64,000 nucleotides of DNA from Salpingoeca rosetta. Its lineage: Eukaryota; Protista; Choanoflagellata. Location of the stretch: positions 461,302-525,301 of the forward strand of contig JAWQFM010000028.1 in the NCBI GenBank assembly GCA_033442325.1, in the 5' to 3' direction. The notes under the pieces were generated by a model, which saw nothing but the letters and a program-made list of their open reading frames with translations, was not told the origin of the DNA and did no database searches. Within the stretch, counting starts at the first letter, position 1, and each line of letters opens with the position of its first letter. This document shows, piece by piece, positions 49,051 to 64,000 of this stretch. The translations under genes and the position numbers were made by a program.

Positions 49051-51556
49051 ATGGATGAGGCGCAGGGTGAACAGGCCGGGCCAGCACAGCGTGCCGGCGA
49101 GCGGATGGACGTCAGCGGCGACACCACCAACAACGACCGCGATGGCGACGGTGGCGGCAATGGCGGTGCTGTGTCGACTGCGGACTCTCCCATCGCCACC
49201 GAAGACGACACCGCAGTCATTCAGGACTCGCCACTGTTCACGCTTCCCCAGGAAGTGATCCACGCCTACGTATTTCAAGCATTGCCCTGCTCCACACCTC
49301 TGTGTGTGCTTGTGTGTGTGTGTGTGTGTTATGTGTGTGTGTTATGTGTGTTGTGTGTTTGGTGTGTGCGCGCTTGTTTGCGAGTGTGCTTGCTGTTGTG
49401 CGCGCGCGCTTGTTTGCGAGTGTGCATCGACGACATTTGTCGAGGGGCCCTCGACAAGCGCACCATAACTATGGCGCCTGTGTAAGGGTACTCACAACAC
49501 CATATGCACACACACACACACACACACACGGCATTGACACCATGCATCAGGTGTTCCCGCATTTGGAGGCGCACGACATTCAGCACTTGCGCCGCACGTG
49601 TCGAGCCATGAGGAGCATTGTCGATGCACTGCGACACCGCCGAAAGCGCTGGATGTGGCACCACATGTCGACGACAGGCGTCAAATACTGGGAGATGCCG
49701 CTCAAGATCAGCAAGCCTGACCTGGAGGCCAGCTACGCCATGTTCCAGCACACGCCCGTCTTTACCGCCAACACCCTGATTCAGGCTGCGTGGGTTGGCG
49801 ACCAGGATCTGTGCATGCGTGCACTGCGAGAGTGGCGCACGGGGCGCCCAAACGCGGACACGGTGTACATGCGCCATGTGCTCATGATTGCTCTCACCTA
49901 TGCATGCCTGGGCCGCCACACCGACGTCATCGACGAGATCCTGACCATGGAGCCCGTGCTGGTTGGACGGGAGATGCGCCACTCCACGCACCGCAGCTCG
50001 CTCTTCAGCATTGCCTTCCGCATGGGCAGTCCCCGAGTGATGTCCACCCTCCACGAGCACATGCGCGCCGACGTGGGCATGCTTCGCGGTGGCCTTGCGC
50101 AGCTGGTTGGCGCGTGTCGATCACCGATTGCGGTGGCCGATTTCTGCGACCGGCACAACGGCGTTGGTTTGCTCTTGGCAGAGAACGCCGAAAGCACGTT
50201 CACCACAATGGAGCGCCACCAGAATGTCGACACACTCGCGCAGATTGGTTCGTCATTTGTGTGTGTGGGGGGGGGGAGGGAGGCTTAAGCATGCGTGCGT
50301 GTTTGTTTGTTTGTTTGTTTGTTTGCGTGCATATGCAAGTTATGGCGTCTCCACGTGTTTTGGACACGCGCGCGCTCATGTGCATGTGCGTGCGTGCGTA
50401 TGCGTCCGATGGTTGGTACCAATCAAAACCCCTCCTTCTGTTGTACGGCATGTTGTGTTGTCTGTGAGGTTACACGTTTGTTCTTGACGACTCACATCGC
50501 CAGCAACCTGCAACTCCTGCTTCTGCTCTGCTTGTGTCGACTGCCAGTGTTCCGGGTGATGAACTTGAATGCGACAACGGTGACGGACCCAGTCATGCGT
50601 CGCCTCGTCCGGATGTGTCTTTCCCACCCCGACCGCTTTCATGCAAAGCTGGCGTTCACAAACGTCGTGCGCGGCGCCTCCTTCAACCCAGATCAACGTT
50701 CGTTCTGCTTCTTTGAGATTGGAGAGCGAGCGGGGAGGGGTTTGGTTGGCCGGCTTGCGCGCTGAATAGTGTGTGTGTGTGTGTGTATGCCAGTGTGTGT
50801 GTATATGCCAGTGTGCGTGTGTGTGCGTGTGTATGCCAGTGTGTGTCTGTGTGTATGCCAGTGTGTGTGTATGCCAGTGTGTGTCTGTGTGTATGCCAGT
50901 GTGTGTCTGTGTCTGTGTGTTCCTCCCCGCATGCCCAACTCACATTAATGCGTCTCATTTCCACCATACATACACGCGCACCCTTCATGACCACAATAAC
51001 CAGTGCTGCGTGGCGCGGGAAAGGGGGCGCTGGTGCTGACGTTGCAGGAGGCTGACCCCTTCTTCGCCGTGTTCTGGCTCACCTACACCAACGTCAGGGT
51101 ACGCTTCCCCGCAGCCCACTCTCGCCGCCCGCGACACCCCTGTTGTCTTGTCTTGTGTGGTCTTGTGTGGTCTTGTGTTGTCTTGTGTTGTGGTTGGAGA
51201 TGACTGGCGTGCTGTGTCACCGACAGGCTGTGATGTGCGTGCTGCTGGGCATCACCGCCTTCACTTCCAACTTTGCGCACACACACACACATACACACAC
51301 ACACACATACGCACACACACGCGCGCGCGCACATCACACACACACTCTCCCTGCCTCCCTCACTCTCACAACGTGCTCGCCCCAATGATTGGCAGCTGCG
51401 TACGACTGCTGACGCCGTGCAGCTGTTGCGGAAGGTTGCATCTGCCCCCTTTCTGCAGTACCTTGCCGCAAAGACCGACATTGCAACCAGAGGTGTGCAA
51501 CGCAACAGCACATAGCCAGAGTTTCGTGTGGTGCTGGCCACACACACACACACACA

Positions 51557-51617
<61 letters not shown>

Positions 51618-52127
51618 TCACTCACTCACTCACTCACACACACACATACACATACACACCTTGAGTCTCTGTTTGTGGCCATTGACAACTCGATCACGTG
51701 CACCACGGCCCATGCACATTAACTTGCCAAACTCACTGCCTGCGCTCACCAACATCTCCTCTCGTGCCCCCCCCCCTTTTTTTTTGTTGCTTGCTTGCAT
51801 GCATGATCAGTGCCGCAGTTTAGTGCGGATGTGCTGCCGCCTCTTGTTCCCGGCAGCGCGCCGTCACGCCTGCCAGAGATCTTCAAGGCGTTTAACCCGG
51901 ACGGTACGCGCACAACACGTGAAGGTGGTAATGGTGGTGGTAGTGGTGGTGGCGACAGCAGCAGGGATGAGCGTGGCGGGGCAAGGAGGGACGCGATGGC
52001 GGCAAGCGTGGGTGTGCTTCACACGCGCACATGCTTTCACAAGGACATACAGACTTGCAAGCACGCAAGCACGCGCTTCCTATCCTCTTCTCTGTGATAC
52101 ATGCTCTCAACCCTCCTCCCCCAAACC

Positions 52128-52208
<81 letters not shown>

Positions 52209-53243
52209 TCATTTCCTGGTGCTTGTGCAGACATGGTTCGGGAGAGGTCACGGGACCCATGCGTGGTGGACTGCATCCCCCTGGACGGCTCGCTGGGCAT
52301 GCGTGGGTTCACCATGTTGGTGCTGCCACCGCTGATTCTCAAGCGAGACAGCCCGGCACAGGAAACCGCACGCACAGGACAGCAACCACCAGTAACAACG
52401 AGAGCAGCATTTGCTGCCAGGACGGCAACGTCGGCAGCAACGCCTGCAACAACAGCCACAGCAGTCACAACGGCCACACCTGCAGCCACAGCAGGAGGAG
52501 AGAACGCTGAGGTGTCTGGGCCGACGAGTGCTGAGCTTGAGGATGAAGAGGCGGCACTGCGGCGAGCGCTTCGGTGTGCGCTTCGGTTTCGCAGCAAGAT
52601 TGGCATGCCACCCAGTAGCACCTTGCCCGCCATGGACGACGATGATGACGACGACGGCAATGATGCGGGTGGTGCTGGTGCTGGTGCTGCTGATTATTTT
52701 TATGACTACACGCTTTACTGGACCAGTGACACTTCTACGCCCGACTCATATTCGAACAGGCCGTCCGACGAAGGGGACAGCGCCCATGGCGATGACGATG
52801 GCGATGATGATGGTGATGGTGATGGTGATGGTGATGGTGATGGTGGGTCAGCTCGCAACCCCTCCTCGTCCCCGCCATCCAAAGCCGCGGGCACCCCTTC
52901 AACATCAAGGGCAGCAGCAACAACAGCAACAACAACAGCTACTACAACAACAGCTGCGATGGCTTCATCTTCGACAGCGGCATCAGCCAGCACGCGCCGC
53001 CCACAGCAGCATCACGCTGGCGATGGTGATGGCGGGGCAGGGGAGCTCATGGCAACGCACGGGCTGCACACCATTGCACTCGCAGCAGAGGCGCACGCAC
53101 GGCAGCATCAGCAGCAACAAAGCGGTGCTCGCGAGGATGATGATCATGGTGATGATGGCGATGGGGATGACGATGATGACGACGACGACGACGATGGTGA
53201 CGAGCCTCGTTCAAAGCGAAGCAAGCGCGGCGAGAGGGGCTGA
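49051..53243 (+). CDS. F-box protein with degenerate ankyrin-like helical repeats and acidic C-terminal tail, multi-exon
   Basis: LFTLPQEVIHAY|VFPHLEAHDIQHLRRTCRAMRSIV is an F-box. LIQAAWVGDQDLCMRAL and ALTYACLGRHTDVIDEIL are ankyrin-like. Ends PRSKRSKRGERG* (NLS-like). Confidence 0.65.
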
Positions 53244-53567
53244 GGTGGTGATCAGAAGCGAAGAAGATGCCTTGGACTCGTGTGGCTGGGCGGATGGTGC
53301 TACGTTTGAGCACGTGTGCCACGATGTGTAATTGGACCTGTCCTTGCTTGCGTGTGTGCTCACGACGCGATGTGTTTGCTTGTTTGACTTTACATTGTGT
53401 GTATGAGTGTACGTGTGTGGACCAAAGTAAAAGAGGTTGAGAAGAAAAGCGAGCGCTGTAAGAGGGAAGGAGAGGCAACCAGGCAAGCAGCAAGCGAGTG
53501 GCAAGGGAAGGGAAGGCACAAGGGAGAAGGAGACGGGAGGGATGAAGACGAACAACAGCAACAACAA

Positions 53568-53630
<63 letters not shown>

Positions 53631-54008
53631 ACCACAGCATTCCGACCGTTTTTCCCCCACGTCCACAACAGACAACGAAACAGGTTCGTGCCCCCACCCA
53701 CGACCTTGCTTGCTGTTGTGTTTGATTGCTGTGGTGGGGTGTTCCAAACATAGCTGGTGTGCGTTGGCGTGTTGGCGTGTTGGCGTGTGACGACAGCTCT
53801 TGTGCCGTGGTGTCTGCACGCATCGAAGCAGCACATACATCCTCCCGTCTCTCCAACAAAGGGAGCACACCAACGTCTTCACCACCGCTCATCGCCATCA
53901 TCACATGCATCATCATCATTCACGCAACAACACACCTTCATCATCACCACACCGGGCTGCGTCGTCAGCGTGCATGCACAAAGCGACGGACCAGCACAGT
54001 TGACCACA

Positions 54009-58436
<4,428 letters not shown>

Positions 58437-58718
58437 GATGGTCGGTGAAGCGCAGAGACCAAGTGGTAGTGGTGGTGGCGGTGAGGAGGAGGAGGAGGGG
58501 ACTACTGCAGAGGGAGAGAGAGTGTGTGTGAGTGAATGCACTTGCATCATGCATGCATGGATGTGAGTGTGAATGAATGCGATCCTTGTTACAACATGAA
58601 CATCTTGGGCTTGTTTGGAGGTTGGTTGTCGATTATTCTTCCTGTTTGCCTGCTTGCCTGTTTGCTTGTTGACCTATGACGTGTCTACAGCTGTCCATAA
58701 ACAGAGGCAAATGTGTGT

Positions 58719-58766
<48 letters not shown>

Positions 58767-59239
58767 TGTATGTGGTGTGTGTGTATGTGGTGTGTGTACT
58801 TGCATGAACAAACCCCTCACACAACAATTTTGCTGAGTCAGCAGTATTTGCGTTGTTGGTCAGCTGTGCGCTGTTGTCAAGTGAAAGCTAAGCACACACA
58901 CACACACAAGCGCGCTGTTTTGCCCCTGCTGCTGTTGCTGCGACAGCGTTGCTTGTTGCTTGTTGTGTGCACTCTGCGAACCAATTGATTGGGTTGTGTT
59001 TGGTTGGTGGCTGTCAGTGCTCGCGGTGTGTGTTGTTCCTTGTGTGGCGCGTTTGTTGTCTTGGTGCTCTCTGAGTGAGTGAGTGAAGCAGGCGTTCCTT
59101 CCACACGCACACACACGCATACACACGCGCGCGCAAACAACAGCCGCTTCCATCTCTCTCTTTGCGTGTCTCCTTGCCTGCGGCCGCTGCTTGCACCGCG
59201 CACCTTGCTCTCTCTCTCTCTCTCGCTACGTTCCACACC

Positions 59240-60596
59240 ATGGACACGCTGCCACGGGACAACCGGCTCGCGTTGCACAGCACGCAGCGCCTGCTGGACC
59301 AAGCTCGGACATCGAGCCTTTCCACTATCCCTCACCTCACAGAAGAAGGTGTGCGTTTGTGTATATGAGTGCTGTGGTGTGGGTTGAGCACGCGTGGTGT
59401 TGGACGGCGTCTGCTTTGTCATGTGTGGTGGGCCGATCGCTCATGCCCCCTAATGTGCTCCACGTTGCTTCTTGCTTTGATGCCAATGACATCGCAGGTG
59501 TTGCCAACATCTGGTTTGGGGTGTCGCAGTACATCGCCAAAGCCATCACAGAGGGCAAGGTGTGTGTCAATGCGGTGCTTCATCTTGGTCGTCATTGCCG
59601 TCGTCATGGGCGTCGTCTTTGCACTGCCAATGGCAACTCACGCCGCTGTCGTTGATGCGCCAACTTGATCGTTGCTCATCTGCACATCTGTGTGCGTGTG
59701 TGTGTGTGTGCGCGTGTGCGTGTGTGTGCGTGTGTGTGTGTCTGTGTGTGTCTGTGTGTGTCTGTGTGTGTGTGTGTGTCTGTGTGTGTCTGTGTGTGTC
59801 TGTGTGTGTGTGTGTGTGTGTGTGTCTGTGTGTGTGTGTGTGTGTGTCCCTTCTGTCTCCGTTTTTGTCTTTCTCGTATCGAAGGGGGTCAACGTGAACG
59901 GGCTGGGCACCTTCGCCCTCTCTGTCGTGGACGACCGCACCCCAATCTTCCAGCTCTCGGAACAGTTTATCCGCAAGCATGGTCTCAAGGCCACAACCAA
60001 ACCCACATCAAGTGCGTGCGTTGTGTGTGTGTGTGTGCGTTGTGTGTGTGTGTGTGTGTGCGTATATGTGCCCTTGTGGGTGATCGAACATTGCTTCTCC
60101 CTCATATCAGCTCACACGTGCATGCGCTTGTGTGTTGTGTACGTTGGCGTGTTTTGACTGGGAACTCGTAGGCAGCTGCCCGATTGTGTCGCTCAACTTC
60201 TCAGACATTGCACGTGCGACGGATCACAACCGCGACGACGTGGAGGCCTGCTTCTCCGAGATAATGACGGTGTGTATGTGTGCGTGTGTGCGTACACATT
60301 TGCGTACACACATGCGTGCTGTTCTCGTGCGCTGCTCGCGCGTTGCTCATTTCGCTCCAAAGCGTTGCCGTGTGCTCTTCCATCACCGGCTCAGCACTGC
60401 CATAACCCCACCCTCACCAACGTCATGAAACACCCCCCTCCCTCGCCCCTGTCTCGTTTCCAACCACATTCAATGTTCCAAGGCGCTGGATGGGCAAATT
60501 CGCGAGCCAAGCCCACGCGGTCTCTCCCTCATCTTCTTTGGCGTCGGCAAACTCTCCATCCGTGACGGCAAGGTACGTGATGTGATGTGCGTGCGT

Positions 60597-60627
<31 letters not shown>

Positions 60628-60628
60628 C

Positions 60629-60705
<77 letters not shown>

Positions 60706-61769
60706 ATCGTAACGACTCGCTTGGGTTGTCTTTGTGTCTCACATCACGGCTGCCGCCTCTTCCTCAGGTCCGCTTTGCCTTTTTCACCAAATTCCTGGAG
60801 AACCCGCACACCGTGGTAAGCATGCAGCAGCGACAATCGCATCAACTGCAGCATCGACTGCAACACCAGCCATGTGCTTGATGCATCACATCCTTCTTGG
60901 CGCACGTTCGCCCCCATGTTGATCTTGGTTTCATCCTTGTTTCTTCAAGCTCCTTTTCCCTTTCGCTGTCAACCACTGCCATGTGTGCATCCATACTTTT
61001 CATCTCAACCTCGCCTTCACACCCAATCCATTCCACCCATTCACTCACCATCCATTCATCCATGCATGGGTGCATGCAACCAAACATCCAATCCATTGGT
61101 GTGTAGAATACGGCGACCTCGTCCACCGACCTGTCCTCCCGCCCCGCCACCGTCGGAATTGTCGAGCACCTCGAGTCAGTCGAACACAGCATCTGCTTTT
61201 GGTGTTTGAAGTGGTTTGTTTGTACATTTGTTCTTTTGATGTTCTTGTTCTTGTTGTTGCTGTTGTTGGTTTTGTTGCTGTTGTTCTTGTTGTTCTTGTT
61301 CTTGCTGTTGTTGTTATGTTGCATTCTCGCTCACAGTTTGGTGTGTGTGTCTGTATGTATGTGTGTCTCTGTATGTGTGTGTCTGTATGTATGTGTGTCT
61401 CTGTATGTGTGTGTTTTGTGTGTTTTGCAGGCGGATGTCTCGACCGGGCACGATGGAGCGGAACGCGGCGACGCCGAGGTCGGCAATCACATCAATGGGA
61501 AATCTCGTACACGAAAGATGGTTGCACACAGAATCACAGATGCACACGTGTACATGTGCACGCCCTACACAGGCATGCATACATGTGCTCACCCCACCCT
61601 CCCCTCTACCTTCGTTGCGGTGTGACGCGCCACCAGGCTGCTGTGCACTCCAACAGTGACGCATCTCAACTTTGGTCTCGATGGGACCACCCCAACGCAG
61701 GAGGCATGGACAGCACGGAGGTAAGGCGTGTGTGCGTGCGTGCGTGTGTGCGTGTGTGTGTGTGCGTGC

Positions 61770-61805
<36 letters not shown>

Positions 61806-63648
61806 GTGCGTGTGTGTGTGCGTGCGTGCGTGTGTGTGTGTGTGTGTGTGTCGAATCACTCGCTGTTGCGCTCGTGCATACCACGCATGCCCTCATCGCG
61901 CTATCACCACCACCACCCACCGCCTCTATCACAACCACGATATCGCCATTGATCAGCAGCAACGCCGCGTTGGAGCCGTGTGCACGGCCGCAGCGCGTCC
62001 ACCGCTCGAAGGTCACGTGGCAGAGCGCCCTCGATTCAGCTGCCATGGTCAGTCCCACACGCGCGACCCAACAGACGGGGATGGGTTGCTCGCCCTTGTA
62101 TACGTACGAGAGACAGAGTGCGTGCGTGTGTGCGTGTGTGCGTGTGTGCGTGTGTGCGTGTGTGCGTGTGTGCGTGTGAAGCACACACTAGTATGCTCCT
62201 CTCAGGCGCCACGCAGCCCGTTGCTGTTGTCGCACCAGCTTACGCTTGTCTGCATGTGTGTTTATGCATGTGTGGTTGTGCATGTTTATGCATGTGTGTG
62301 TGCATGTTTATGCATGTGTGTGTGTGTGCATGTGTGCACAGGTGCCCATCCTTGATGGTCCGGATCCCCTTGATCTGATGCCGTGCACACCGCCGCCCGA
62401 CAAGCCACGATTCGTCAAGCCAAAACCCGTCGATGTCATCCAGGAGGAGGTGCAGGCGTGCGCGGGGGCGGGGGACCAAGGGCGAGGAGGAGGGGGTTGT
62501 GTGGTGTGGTGGTGATGATGATAAGTGACGATGACGATGGGGGTGATGCGTGTTGGAATGCGTTCATGTTGACAAGCATGCATGCACTTGCACACAAGCT
62601 CGACGTCACACAACACACACACACACACATCAACACATCAACACAATACCACATGTTGACGCCAGGTGGATGAGGATGAGTTGCAGCAGTATGAGCAACT
62701 GGCTCAACGCAACATGCAGTCCTCGCTCTTTGTGCCGTGAGTGTGCGATTATTGCCTGCAAGCAACCGAAGCCAGTACCATGCATGATACACACAGACAC
62801 ACACGCAAACACCGACACACACACAGACACACACACACACACAGACACATACACAGACACACACACACAGACACACACACACACAGACACATACACAGAC
62901 ACACACACACAGACACACACACATACACGCACACTCGCGTGCACACATACACAAGAGCTCCTTTTTGTTACCTGTTCCGGTTGCAACCTGGTGCGGTTGC
63001 TTGCTTCTCACTGCGTGCGTGCTCGCGTGCGCATCGCATTCGTTCAGACTGGAGACCAGCCCACAGTCCCGCCCAACGTCCGCGCAGAAGCAGGTGGTGG
63101 CGATCGTCTCAGCTGATGCGCTGCCACACCCCCTTTGCTCCCGCTGCCATTCAACCTCGTGCATGTTGATAATTGCACATACACACACACATACACACAC
63201 ATACATACACACACATACATACACACACATACATACACACACATACATACACACACATACATACACACGCATACATACACACCCTGGGCAGGCAACGGCA
63301 CGGTTGCCAAAGGTGCACAGAAAGGACCGCGGAAACCCGGACAAGGTGGATCCAACATCCGTTCCGTCGTATGAGGAGTGGGCACGCATGCGTGAGGAGC
63401 GCGGGAAAAGTCCTTCCCGCCACCGCCTTCGCATTCGGGACCAGCTTGATCGTGATGCGGACATTCAACAGGTGTTGTGATTGGCTGAGGGCTAACGGGG
63501 GAAAGAGACAAGGAAGGTTGTGCTTGGCTGGGGAGCTGGTGTGTCTGCGGTTGTGGTTGTTTGCACATGCACAAGGAGGTAGTGCTTCACACACACATAC
63601 ACACATGCACACACACATACACATACACACACACACACAAACATGCAC

Positions 63649-63679
<31 letters not shown>

Positions 63680-64000
63680 AACATGCACACACACACACAA
63701 ACATGCACACATGCACACACACATGCACACACACACATGCACGCACACACACACACCCACACACACAAATACCCGTCCCCCCAACCGCCTACCGTGTGTG
63801 CGTGTGCGCGGGATAGGAACGTCATTCGCGGGATAAAGAAGAGGGACATCCGTTGCCTTCCCTGGAAAAAAAAAAAGCAAGAGAAGCAGCGGGGCTCCAG
63901 CCGGAAGGGGAACAGGTCCGAAAAGCAAAAACCTCGGATTGGGGCGCTGCTTTTGGGGTGGGGGTATTAAATTTGTGCTCAAAGGCATCATAACTCTGTT
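59240..64000 (+). CDS. CCDC81: CCDC81 homolog (tandem HU-like CCDC81 domains), 5' part; probably continues beyond the window
   Basis: TIPHLTEE|GVANIWFGVSQYIAKAITEGK|GVNVNGLGTF...PIFQLSEQFIRKHGLK...CPIVSLNFSDIA...NRDDVEACFSE...FFGVGKLSIRDGK|VRFAFFTKFL parallels the CCDC81 N-terminus. Last clear exon ~63292-63471. Confidence 0.82.

Overview
Eukaryotic, gene-dense, intron-rich DNA whose introns are packed with (GT)n/(CA)n microsatellites, with two assembly gaps. The style and holozoan gene content suggest a choanoflagellate such as Salpingoeca rosetta (inference). Most ORF-track entries are microsatellite artefacts, so genes were rebuilt by hand from GT-AG junctions, and all family assignments come from recalled sequence similarity rather than database searches. 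About 14 genes, in order: 3' end of a TLC/ceramide-synthase-like gene (+); coiled-coil hypothetical (-); intronless membrane-anchored GH13 alpha-glucosidase (+); WDR59/Sea3 (-); a 45-aa beta-thymosin absent from the ORF track (+); PRPF4 (-); TBL2 (+); a stand-alone W2 (eIF5-CTD-like) protein (-); a ~1,500-aa signal-peptide-bearing ricin-lectin/beta-gamma-crystallin/EGF/TPR/J-domain mosaic (-); a degenerate sulfotransferase-like gene starting 94 bp away head-to-head (+); an LRR receptor-like TKL kinase (-); an F-box/ankyrin-like protein (+); SPIRE (+); and the 5' part of CCDC81 (+). Best candidates for new biology are the lectin-crystallin-EGF-DNAJC3 fusion with its divergent pseudo-sulfotransferase neighbour, the single-repeat beta-thymosin, the W2-only protein, and introns bracketed by complementary GT/CA repeats.
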